This document shows, one piece after another, positions 28,940 through 37,763 of a stretch of DNA of 64,000 nucleotides. The translations under genes and the position numbers were made by a program. This DNA comes from Lachnospiraceae bacterium (GTDB lineage Bacteria; Bacillota; Clostridia; Lachnospirales; Lachnospiraceae). The notes below the pieces were generated by a model. The model was not told the DNA's origin and made no database searches. It saw only the letters and a list, made by a program, of their open reading frames with translations. Numbering within the stretch: position 1 is the stretch's first letter; the number at the start of each line of letters is the position of its first letter. Where the stretch lies: the NCBI GenBank assembly GCA_022790615.1, contig JAAVXK010000036.1, forward strand, positions 22,886-86,885, in the 5' to 3' direction.

Positions 28940-29530
28940 CTTTCATGTATAATATGTGACAGTCGTACAAACCCTCTGCCGGACTGCAAATCCCGGCGGC
29001 GCGCCCAAACAAGGGGCTTATAGGGTATGAAATGGACTTTGCCATGACTTCTCAGAGACATTCACAAGACCTTGTGGAGTGTCTCTCATGAATCTTGCAA
29101 TAATCCATGAAACACACAATGGCACATTACGTTTGCAGTTCCAACCTTCCACAAAGGCATGTAAACTTTCCCTTGCAGAATATGAATCCATATGGTTCCC
29201 AGCAAATCACTTCATAATGTCATGGATGCTTCTGCCCTCCTCTCAGTATATCCATATAAATGGTAATTGCCCATTGTCATATAACTGCCACTTTCATTGC
29301 CGCTTCTGCAGCAATGTATGGAAACAAAAAACCTTCCCACCCATTTGTTCCCATACATAAGCCGCAGAAACATGCTTTCGTTAAATACACTACGGCAAAA
29401 CGCCGTCTCGCCGGACTCCCGGCATTGAACACACTTTAACAAAACATAATTTTGCAGATAAAATTATTTTGCAAAATATATTTTCAAAATATATATAAAA
29501 GCATATTTTTTTCAAAACACACTTATATAC
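28940..29530 (-). promoter_or_regulatory. long (about 600 nt) structured 5' leader
   Basis: Lies between a consensus promoter and the ATG at 28925; long hairpins at 29304-29369, 29054-29086, 29410-29423 and 28978-28997. Confidence 0.6.
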
Positions 29531-29535
29531 CCTAA

Positions 29536-29564
29536 ATTATAGCACCCGGCTATCTTATTGTCAA
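29536..29564 (-). promoter_or_regulatory. perfect-consensus sigA promoter for the giant protein/peptide unit
   Basis: TTGACA-17-(TGC)TATAAT. Confidence 0.85.
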
Positions 29565-29711
29565 CAACACCGCCGCACACACTTTATTCCATTTCTTCCA
29601 GCGATTGCGTAAATCTTGCTTTTCGTCAATCCCCCGCTCCGCCGTTCCTGCGCGGCCGTTTTCCCATGTGCGCGTGCTCCGCTGTTTTCCACATATCCGG
29701 ATAGTTTCGTA

Positions 29712-29740
29712 ATTATATCATCTTCGGTTACTATATGCAA
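29712..29740 (-). promoter_or_regulatory. second, upstream sigA-type promoter
   Basis: TTGCAT-17-(TGA)TATAAT. Confidence 0.6.
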
Positions 29741-29771
29741 GCCAATTATGAAATAGACAGTTTATTTCCAT

Positions 29772-30968
29772 CTATTTCCCGCCGATATCGCGCAATGCGC
29801 CAAGTTCCGTTTTGAGACTTTTTCTGTAACGAAACAGCTGTCTGAACACACGGTAAACAAGAAAAAACGGAATGCATACCTTATGCTTTGCAAGGAACGG
29901 CTTATGTCTGCGATACCAATCCATGTCCGGAAACAGCCTTCTTACTATATATCTTCTTCTTACTGCTGCGCCGGGCGTCCCTCCGTCTATATGCATCTCC
30001 TGCATTTTCCTCTCCACAAGCCCTTTCGATGTTCCATATACTCCCGACAATGCAAAATCAGCCAGCAGGGTCTTTTCCTTTTCCGTAAGCGCCGGCGGAT
30101 TTGACAGCGCGTTCTCTCCAAATATTTTCCGGCTCAAAGCCCTCATTTTTGCCTCAAACGAGGCCATCCCAAGCTTATCCGCCTCACTTGTCACGTAATT
30201 CCAGTCTAACGCATCCCCCTTTTTCCATATATACACATATATGTCGGCCAGGTATCGGAATCCCGCGCCGGCGTTTAAGTAATGCCGGTACATGTGGGCA
30301 ATCATGTAGATATAGAAGTCCTCGTCGCTAAAATGCCTTCCGTATTCCAACCCTTCGTCCACAATCAGCCTGTCGCGCACTCCCCTGTAATATTGACATA
30401 ACGTCGGGGAAGCTTTGTCAAAGAGTCTGCCGTGCATCTCAAAACATCCCGCCGTCGGCTTCACGAATACGTCGTGATATTTTTTGTTGAGCTCCTCTGT
30501 CCGAAACCCCAAATTCTCCATTACCCGCCTGAGCTTTTTGTGGCAGGACACGTCATAGAGAATGTCCACATCGCCGTTCTGGCGCATTCCATAACACGGA
30601 TACATATACTGCAGCACGCTCCCCTTCAGGGGCATATACCAGATTCCCGCCGCTTCCATTGCCGTAAGGACCTGTTCCCTTGACGCGTCGAGAAGCATGT
30701 TCTTACGTATCGCCTTTCCCTTCTCCATAGTCCATTTCTGCACTGTGGATGCGTCTGCAGACTTGAAAGATTCCGTTCTTTCCAACGGCATACATATCAT
30801 GGCAGCCATATTATGGAACACGCCCATCCTGCACAGCCTATCCAAATCCATCAAAGCGACCCTGTCTTCCTCCGGAGCGCGGTCATGCAGGGCGCAGGCC
30901 GCAAGATACAACAGATCCCACGCTGCCGCGGGCATCTTTTTATTATCCGTCCTCTGCTCCTTACCCAT
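29772..30968 (-). CDS. nucleotidyltransferase family protein (NTP_transf_5-like)
   Basis: PLKGSVL..MYP..GMRQNGDVDIL motif, FEMH, H..RH....GAGFRYLADI; ATG 30968 preferred over GTG 30983. Confidence 0.88.
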   Translation of the reverse strand: MGKEQRTDNKKMPAAAWDLLYLAACALHDRAPEEDRVALMDLDRLCRMGVFHNMAAMICMPLERTESFKSADASTVQKWTMEKGKAIRKNMLLDASREQVLTAMEAAGIWYMPLKGSVLQYMYPCYGMRQNGDVDILYDVSCHKKLRRVMENLGFRTEELNKKYHDVFVKPTAGCFEMHGRLFDKASPTLCQYYRGVRDRLIVDEGLEYGRHFSDEDFYIYMIAHMYRHYLNAGAGFRYLADIYVYIWKKGDALDWNYVTSEADKLGMASFEAKMRALSRKIFGENALSNPPALTEKEKTLLADFALSGVYGTSKGLVERKMQEMHIDGGTPGAAVRRRYIVRRLFPDMDWYRRHKPFLAKHKVCIPFFLVYRVFRQLFRYRKSLKTELGALRDIGGK

Positions 30969-31013
30969 ACTGCACGCCCTCACCTTTCCCTAATTATCGC
31001 CAAACACTATAAT

Positions 31014-32783
31014 TTATCCAAACTTTATCTCTTTGTCGCATATCGACAGCGCCGCCATCCTGTGGGTTACTATAATGACCGTCTTATCAGTCATTGCCTT
31101 GAGATTAGCAAGAAGCCTTATCTCAAGAGCCTCGTCGAGCGCGCTAGTCGCCTCATCGAGCAGTAAAACCGGGTTGTCCGAAAATACCGCCCGCGCAATT
31201 GCAATACGCTGCATCTGCCCTTCCGAAAGACCCGTGCCGCGTTCGCCAAGCAAAGTGTCAACACCCTGTTCTAACTGTCTGACAAAGCCATCGGCGCATG
31301 CAATTTTCAATGCCCGCCAAAGCCGTTCTTCCTCCTGCATCATACCCGGATTGCCGAATGCTATAATCTCGCGAATCGTACCGGACATAAGCTGGTTCCC
31401 CTGCGGAACGTATGCAAAAAGCCGCCGCTGTCTGAGCGTAAGAGGAAGTTTCCCCGCATCCGAAACAAGGTACACCCCCCCGCCATCCGGATGATACAAG
31501 CCCATAAGCAGCTTGAGAACGGTGCTCTTGCCGCATCCGGAATGTCCGGTAAATGCAACATACTCTCCCTTACATATCTCTAAGCAAAGACCCGAGAGCA
31601 CTGCAGGCATTGACTGCCCGTCCGGCAGATTATCTTCCAGAACACCCGACTGTACCGGAGGTCTGTAAGTAAAGGATACGTTTTCCACACAGATTCTATG
31701 CAGACGCTCCCTGTAAAACACATGCTCTGGACTTTCATCTTCGCCGCTGCAACCTGCCTCTGTTATTTCATACTCATCATTCATACTATTCGTCCCCGCC
31801 GTTTCATGTATGACGCTGTCAGGCAGATATTCCGCCTCCATGAGACGCTCCGCGCTTGCTATCATCGCATAAAACTTTGGCAGATATCCCGTAATATTAG
31901 CAAAAGGATTCTGTATCTGACCGATAAGCTGCATTACGGCAGTCAGATTTCCATAACTCATAGTATCTCTTAGTATGCCGTACCCGCAAAAAACAGCTCC
32001 TAACACATAAGCTCCGTTCATTGCGGCTCCGAAACCGATGTTACATATATTAGAAAAATGATTCCTTCTCATCTTGGCCGCGCGGTGTTCTTTCATAAGT
32101 TCCTCCGCGCGTTCCGCCGTCGAAGCCTCCTGCGCGAAAGAACGGACAATCATCATTGCGCCAAGACGCTCCTGAAAAAATATTCTGAGACTCCCGTCCG
32201 CCTCCTGTATCTTCTTATGCAATTTCTTAAGGGCTTTCCTGAAAATGTAGGCCATAATAATCAAGATAGCCCCTCCGGGAACAAGTATTATGATAAACAC
32301 CGGCTCAATATACAGTATTGCGGCCAGTGCGCCCACAATCTTAACAGCCATTCCCGCCACGCCGGGAAGAATCTGAGCCATTCCGTCCGCTACTACAACC
32401 GTATCGGACGTCAGCCGGTTCATCCATTCACCTGAATTCACGCATGACACATATGCGTAATCCTTATACAGCAAAGATTCAAAAAGCCGCTTTTTCAAAC
32501 GGTTTTCGGAAGCGGAACGCGTGAATTCCTCCAAAAAGCGATAGACTGCCCGCAGCGCAATCTGTACAATCATTACTCCCGCAAAAGCCATGGCCGCCAC
32601 AGCAAATCCATCCGCGTTTCCAGCCACAGCCTCATTTACCAGTTCCCGCAGTATCATTGCGTATGCCACACCGCAGACCGACAGCACGGACTGTACGGCC
32701 AACAGTATCAGGATGTGTATTCTAATCTTTCCGGCCACGCCATTCAGCCACTGTAACGCGGAACGGTTTATTTTCTTTTTCAT
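31014..32783 (-). CDS. ABC exporter, fused permease/ATPase, no C39 peptidase domain
   Basis: TM domain; Walker A GHSGCGKST; signature LSEGQMQR; Walker B LLLDE. Confidence 0.95.
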   Translation of the reverse strand: MKKKINRSALQWLNGVAGKIRIHILILLAVQSVLSVCGVAYAMILRELVNEAVAGNADGFAVAAMAFAGVMIVQIALRAVYRFLEEFTRSASENRLKKRLFESLLYKDYAYVSCVNSGEWMNRLTSDTVVVADGMAQILPGVAGMAVKIVGALAAILYIEPVFIIILVPGGAILIIMAYIFRKALKKLHKKIQEADGSLRIFFQERLGAMMIVRSFAQEASTAERAEELMKEHRAAKMRRNHFSNICNIGFGAAMNGAYVLGAVFCGYGILRDTMSYGNLTAVMQLIGQIQNPFANITGYLPKFYAMIASAERLMEAEYLPDSVIHETAGTNSMNDEYEITEAGCSGEDESPEHVFYRERLHRICVENVSFTYRPPVQSGVLEDNLPDGQSMPAVLSGLCLEICKGEYVAFTGHSGCGKSTVLKLLMGLYHPDGGGVYLVSDAGKLPLTLRQRRLFAYVPQGNQLMSGTIREIIAFGNPGMMQEEERLWRALKIACADGFVRQLEQGVDTLLGERGTGLSEGQMQRIAIARAVFSDNPVLLLDEATSALDEALEIRLLANLKAMTDKTVIIVTHRMAALSICDKEIKFG

Positions 32784-33238
32784 CGCTTAAGCTTCCTTTT
32801 TAGCCGGCCGTATATCTCTTTCAGCCAGAGGATTATAACCCTGATATAGAAAAAATCACACCATATATGGGCGTATACCCTATATCTCCAGTCCGAAACC
32901 GGAATCGTCCTGCCATCCCGCACTACGGCGGAAAGCACGCCGATAATCTGGCGGTCGGTAATTCCGTATTCCCTGCGCCGGCAGTTATCCCCGCAGAGTA
33001 CATAGCTGTCATTATTTACTTTCAAGATACGATGCAGGACATATTTCCCGTCATTGCGCTTATATAGGGGAACGTCGTATCTCTGGCAGCGCCCGTCAGG
33101 CTTACGAATAATCATCAAATCCCTGTTCTGCCTTAGCAGCGGCATCATGCTTGTGCCAACATTCGTATACACAAGCCTGCCGCTTTCACTGATTTCTTCC
33201 TCAAAGGTCTTTTTATCATCCATCCATAGTCCCACCAT
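32780..33238 (-). CDS. S24/S26-family peptidase (Ser/His type, no N-terminal TM)
   Basis: GTSMMPLL catalytic Ser, VLHRI, CGDN; overlaps the ABC gene by 4 nt; start could be 33223. Confidence 0.88.
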   Translation of the reverse strand: MVGLWMDDKKTFEEEISESGRLVYTNVGTSMMPLLRQNRDLMIIRKPDGRCQRYDVPLYKRNDGKYVLHRILKVNNDSYVLCGDNCRRREYGITDRQIIGVLSAVVRDGRTIPVSDWRYRVYAHIWCDFFYIRVIILWLKEIYGRLKRKLKR

Positions 33239-33282
33239 CCGTCCTCAGCCGCGGACTTCTTACCTGCCGCTCATACAAACTA

Positions 33283-33540
33283 TCATTCTATAGCCCCGAT
33301 AGAGTTAAGTTTTTCAATTATCTTATTGACGTCCGCCTCAATCACTTCCCGCGGAGCGTCATATTTTGCAGCCATTGCATCTACAATCTCTGCCTGCGTA
33401 GTCTCTTCCTTAAGACAGTTAACAATAAATGCCGCCGTGCGGTTGCTTCGCACCATACCCGAAAATACGGACGTGCTTCCCGCAACCATAATCTGCTCAC
33501 CGTCACTTTCATGGGTGATGAAATCTTTCCGCAGTTTCAT
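33283..33540 (-). CDS. PqqD-family RiPP recognition element (stand-alone RRE)
   Basis: 85 aa: three beta strands, then NRTAAFIVNCL...IVDAMAAKYDAPREVIEADVNKIIEKLNSIGAIE. Confidence 0.92.
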   Translation of the reverse strand: MKLRKDFITHESDGEQIMVAGSTSVFSGMVRSNRTAAFIVNCLKEETTQAEIVDAMAAKYDAPREVIEADVNKIIEKLNSIGAIE

Positions 33541-33711
33541 CTATACAAAACCTCCAAATTATATATGCAGAGTGCATATATCTTAACTATTTATCCATGG
33601 GTACGCAATACTCCTATATATATTATCTGTATATCACAGGACAATATACAATAACCAGTATTAACGTAAGAATACTCAATAATTAGCAATTCAACATTAA
33701 GGTATGAATAC

Positions 33712-34473
33712 TCACTTCATACCTTCATAAGCCGTCACGGCGGCCTGCGCTTCCATATTACATGCAAGCCGGTACAATCCGGCTTTTGAAGTTATCTGTT
33801 CCGTCAGGCGCATAACCTGCTCCAGCTTATCCGAACACGCCGGGCGGTAGGTTTGCTGCATAAGAAACGGCCAGGCCTCCCTGCGCGTAATTTTACGAAT
33901 CCTGTTTTCACTGCCGCGTTCCAGAATGCATACCGCTTTCAGGGGAACCGCAATATTATTACTCAAATGATGCTTCCCGTCCCATGGTGTGCCATATACG
34001 GTCACTCCGCCATCCGTAATCCTTAGCAGCGGCTTATCGTCGTTAACCATTACCGCACGGCTGCCGAAGGTTTCTCTCCATATCCGCGTATGCGTACTCT
34101 TTCCAACGCCGCTCTTAGCCGTGAAAAGATAGGCCTCGCCATCCACCGCAACCGCCGAACCATGAAACAAAAGAATTCCCCAATCTGTCAGCTCTTCCGC
34201 AATCTTTCTGTACACTGCAAGCGTCTCCAGGTAATTGTCCGAAAACCGCCGTACACTCACGCCATTACGCTCATCCTGCATTGCGGACTTTTCTTTTTCA
34301 AATACTATATCGGAATATTCTACACAAACTTTACAAGCAGGTTTCTCATCCGTCAAATATTCCCGGCAAAATAGTTTTGTTGAATTATATAAGGCAGAGA
34401 TACCAATAGGAACATCTGCCAGTTTTATATTAAATCTTATATTTTCCCCCAAACCTTTCCTCCTGACATACAA
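33712..34473 (-). CDS. HPr-kinase-like P-loop kinase (ScmC / lasso-kinase-like)
   Basis: LFHGSAV, Walker A AKSGVGKST, VNDD, YGTPWDGK; true start may be TTG at 34452. Confidence 0.85.
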   Translation of the reverse strand: MYVRRKGLGENIRFNIKLADVPIGISALYNSTKLFCREYLTDEKPACKVCVEYSDIVFEKEKSAMQDERNGVSVRRFSDNYLETLAVYRKIAEELTDWGILLFHGSAVAVDGEAYLFTAKSGVGKSTHTRIWRETFGSRAVMVNDDKPLLRITDGGVTVYGTPWDGKHHLSNNIAVPLKAVCILERGSENRIRKITRREAWPFLMQQTYRPACSDKLEQVMRLTEQITSKAGLYRLACNMEAQAAVTAYEGMK

Positions 34474-34519
34474 AAACGTATTATCCCGCCGCCATACTTC
34501 CCAGAGAGTATTTCAAGCA

Positions 34520-34548
34520 ATTATAGCACGAATACCCTTTTAATGCAA
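34520..34548 (-). promoter_or_regulatory. sigA-type promoter of kinase/RRE cassette
   Basis: TTGCAT-17-(TGC)TATAAT. Confidence 0.7.
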
Positions 34549-34560
34549 AGAATATTTCGA

Positions 34561-34595
34561 GCTTAATTATGCGCTTAATTATGCCTTAAATTTAT
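34561..34595. repeat. direct repeat GCTTAATTATGC x2 plus a degenerate third copy, between divergent promoters
   Basis: gcttaattatgc gcttaattatgc cttaaatttat. Confidence 0.6.
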
Positions 34596-34689
34596 CTTGC
34601 TAATTTCCAGATTTATGCTAGACTATTCTTATGGGAATTCCACGAAATTCCTTTTACACTTACTGCAAAATGCAGGGACGGGAGACGCC

Positions 34690-36963
34690 ATGGAACTAAA
34701 ATACATAACGCGCGGGAATTCCAAACCGCAGGGAAAGCCAAGAGTTTATTTTTCCTGCCACCCCGCTGATTTTGAAACATACTTTGATAAAATAACCGAT
34801 GAAATTCTAAACATGGAAGACTGCGTTATCTGGTACGACGACAAGTCCTGCGAGCCGGAAGATATCGATTCATTCCTGAATAATCTTTCGCAGATACAGC
34901 TGATTGTCATCCCCGTCACCAGTCTCTATCTGACGGAACATAACCGTTCGCGCGATGCGGAATTTCTTTATGCAGCCAAACAGCATATTCCGGTACTGCC
35001 GCTCATGCAGGAAGAAGGCATCGACGTGCTGTTTAATGAAATATGCGGCAATATACAGTATTTAATGGAAAATGATACCGTTACACCCGGCCTGTCTTAT
35101 GAAGAAAAACTTGAAAAGTATCTTTCCTCCGTTCTAATCGGCGGCGAACTGTTAAATGAAGTTCGCGCCGCTTTCGACGCGCATATTTTTTTGAGTTACA
35201 GGAAAGCGGATAAGGAATATGCAGAACAGCTTATGCGCCTGATACACAATTGTGATTTTTGCAAAAGTACCGCCATATGGTACGACGAGTTTCTGACTGC
35301 CGGAGAAAACTTTGATGAATCCATTATAGAATCGCTTGAAAACTGCGAGCTATTTGCGATGGTTGTCACCCCTAATCTTATTAACGAAGATAATTATGTA
35401 ATGACGACGGAATACCCGCTGGCCGTAAAATATAAAAAACCGCTCCTGCCCGTCGAAATGACGGAAACCGATTACGGGGAGCTTGCGGCCGCATACGAGG
35501 GAATTCCAAAATGCGTAGACGCGAAAAACACGCCCGCCCTGTCGGCGGCGCTGCGCAGTCACCTGCAGGAATACGTAAAAGAAGACAGCCTTACCGAACC
35601 CCGGAAAAATTATTTAATAGGACTGGCGTATTTATCAGGCATCGATACGGAAGTGAACAAGACGCTCGCCGTGGAATTCATTACCTCGTCAGCCGGGGCC
35701 GGGCTTTTGGAAGCCATGGAAAAGCTGGCGGAAATGTTCGTCTTAGGCGAGGGCGTCGCCCAAAATTACGATACCGCCGCAAACTGGTATAGAAAAATTG
35801 CTGTTGCGAGAGAGCAGGAATATTTTGCCGACCCGGACAACGGCTTTAACGAATACCTGTCCGCGCTTATTGATTACGCCTCCTGCTGCCATCATCTCTG
35901 CGGCAGCCTGGCCGCGGCGGAAGACGCCTATCTGAGAATAGACGAAATAACCATGGCGGACAACGGCCGCCATCACTGCAGCGAAGACGTCCGTTTAGCT
36001 ATGTACAATTCACTGGGCAGTCTCTATCTGGCTGCGGGAGAATACGAATCCGCATACCAATATTATGATAAGGCGCGTTCTATAGAGTCGCTTCCTGCAG
36101 GCGAAGGCTTCACCGAACTGAACAGACAGCGCGCGTTACAGACTGCCTATTACGGCCTGTGCAGCGCATGTCAGAAAATGGGACGGTACCGTGAGGCATG
36201 GGAATATCTGCAAAAAGATTATTCCATTGCCAGTGAAATTGTAACAAAAACGGGGGAAAGCGAGGATACGCAGATGTTTGTGGAGATATACGGACGTATG
36301 GGCTATCTTCGCGAGCTGCAAAATGACATTTCCAGCGCAAAAAACTACTATTATAAAGGCCTCACTCTCAGCAGGAACATTACACTACAATCGGGCGCTT
36401 CGCTGACCGACTGGCTTTCTCTTGCGGCAAGCAACCAGAATATGGGGAAGATTTCAGCAAAAGACGGCGACTTTGCCCTTGCATATGAGTACTATATGTT
36501 CGCTCTCTCCATATATGAGTCCACAATATCAGAATCACGAATGACAATACATGATATGCAGAATTACGCCAGCCTCTGTCTGCTTATTGGTAAACTGGAA
36601 AAAGAACACGGCGTTCCCGGCAAGGCAAAGGAATTTTACGAAAGGAGTTTATCGCTCCATGAAAAATTATGGGAAAATTACGGCTTAAAACAATCGCATG
36701 GCGCGTTAGCCCTGCTTTATTACGAATTAGGATGTTTTGACGGCGGCAATATCGAATATCTGCAAACGGCGCGCCAGATTTTATACGAGGATGCCAAAGA
36801 AGCTGCATATAACGGCACACGGCTGTCCAAAGTGGCGGCAAACTCGTTTCGTTCCGGCATCATAATGGGAGATATAAAAAAACGGATTCGAAAGATGAAA
36901 CGCCAAAAGCTAAAATCAAAAATAAAGTCAAAAATAACGCGGGACACCTTATCTTCCTTTTGA
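34690..36963 (+). CDS. tandem TIR-domain protein with Sel1/TPR repeats
   Basis: TIR-like 1: RVYFSCHPAD..IWYD..DAEFLYA. TIR 2: HIFLSYRKAD..IWYDEFLTAGENF..TTEYPLA. Then Sel1-like (GEGVAQNYDTAANWY) and TPR helices; start moved to ATG 34690 after GGAG. Confidence 0.88.
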   Translation: MELKYITRGNSKPQGKPRVYFSCHPADFETYFDKITDEILNMEDCVIWYDDKSCEPEDIDSFLNNLSQIQLIVIPVTSLYLTEHNRSRDAEFLYAAKQHIPVLPLMQEEGIDVLFNEICGNIQYLMENDTVTPGLSYEEKLEKYLSSVLIGGELLNEVRAAFDAHIFLSYRKADKEYAEQLMRLIHNCDFCKSTAIWYDEFLTAGENFDESIIESLENCELFAMVVTPNLINEDNYVMTTEYPLAVKYKKPLLPVEMTETDYGELAAAYEGIPKCVDAKNTPALSAALRSHLQEYVKEDSLTEPRKNYLIGLAYLSGIDTEVNKTLAVEFITSSAGAGLLEAMEKLAEMFVLGEGVAQNYDTAANWYRKIAVAREQEYFADPDNGFNEYLSALIDYASCCHHLCGSLAAAEDAYLRIDEITMADNGRHHCSEDVRLAMYNSLGSLYLAAGEYESAYQYYDKARSIESLPAGEGFTELNRQRALQTAYYGLCSACQKMGRYREAWEYLQKDYSIASEIVTKTGESEDTQMFVEIYGRMGYLRELQNDISSAKNYYYKGLTLSRNITLQSGASLTDWLSLAASNQNMGKISAKDGDFALAYEYYMFALSIYESTISESRMTIHDMQNYASLCLLIGKLEKEHGVPGKAKEFYERSLSLHEKLWENYGLKQSHGALALLYYELGCFDGGNIEYLQTARQILYEDAKEAAYNGTRLSKVAANSFRSGIIMGDIKKRIRKMKRQKLKSKIKSKITRDTLSSF

Positions 36964-36980
36964 AAGGACGGCGGTACAAT

Positions 36981-37763
36981 ATGGGTAAAAAAAATAATAA
37001 AAATAAAAAAAATAAAAAAAGAAAAAAATGTTATTCTATAGAAAAATCTTTAGAAAATGACAAGCAGTCTGCAATCAATATAGTATATGACCACTACAGG
37101 GAAACCTATCAATTGAGCAGACAAGCCCAGCAAAGGCGAAATAAAAGTTTTATCATACTCTGTATATTAGAGGCGTTTTCTTTCCTATTGCTAATCAGGC
37201 CCGAACAGGTATTGAATCTTATTATTGACAGTATTAACAGCCAATTGGATATTACATTGACATTTGGAAATACCATATTGCAGACCTTATTGTGGATATT
37301 AATAATATATGTAATGATTCGCTATATACAGGATGTATTTTACATAGAACGGCAGTATTCATATATCGGCAGCCTGGAAGCGGCGATGGAGTCCTTGATG
37401 CAGGATGCAATAAAGGAATCAAAGACGCTTTCTGTGAACAGCAAACTATTTCTTCGGGAAAGCGATAACTACCTGACAGATTATCCGATTGTTCTGAATC
37501 TGATTGATTTATTTTACAAAACGCTCATACCTGTTATATTTATCGTAATAAATACTGTGCGTATCTACAATGAGTGGGCTTTTATAAGATATAAAATGAC
37601 ACTGGCATTTTTTTGTGACAGTGTCATGTACGTATCGCTTTTTATTATTACATGGTTTTATTATTTTGAAATCCACGCAAAAACAACGGCGTTTATTAAG
37701 AGGCATGTGCGGTTTGTGGATAAAACCGCACGCTTTCTGAAAAAGCTGTTAAAAAATGTTTAG
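36981..37763 (+). CDS. 4-TM membrane protein, AT-rich, coupled to TIR gene
   Basis: GAAAGGA RBS overlaps the TIR gene stop; four hydrophobic segments; Lys/Asn-rich N-terminus. Confidence 0.8.
   Translation: MGKKNNKNKKNKKRKKCYSIEKSLENDKQSAINIVYDHYRETYQLSRQAQQRRNKSFIILCILEAFSFLLLIRPEQVLNLIIDSINSQLDITLTFGNTILQTLLWILIIYVMIRYIQDVFYIERQYSYIGSLEAAMESLMQDAIKESKTLSVNSKLFLRESDNYLTDYPIVLNLIDLFYKTLIPVIFIVINTVRIYNEWAFIRYKMTLAFFCDSVMYVSLFIITWFYYFEIHAKTTAFIKRHVRFVDKTARFLKKLLKNV

Noticed and set aside
28975-29000. GGACTGCAAATCC resembles a tRNA-Cys anticodon arm
   Set aside because: No acceptor stem, D arm or TTCGA T-arm around it; not a tRNA.
28926-29045. 40-aa N-terminal extension of the giant ORF in the track
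   Set aside because: RBS and signal peptide fit ATG 28925; the extension overlaps structured leader.
28960-29050. Possible c-di-GMP-I riboswitch (GGCAAA on minus strand)
   Set aside because: No GAAA-tetraloop P2 or following GCAAA/receptor stem could be built.
29079-29442. ORFs 29079-29360 (+) and 29212-29442 (-)
   Set aside because: No convincing RBS or protein features; they overlap RNA hairpins; no YxxP motif.
21843-34473. Calling the cluster a canonical lasso peptide BGC
   Set aside because: No cyclase or B2 protease in the window; the core lacks an acceptor Asp/Glu at 7-9 and a tail.
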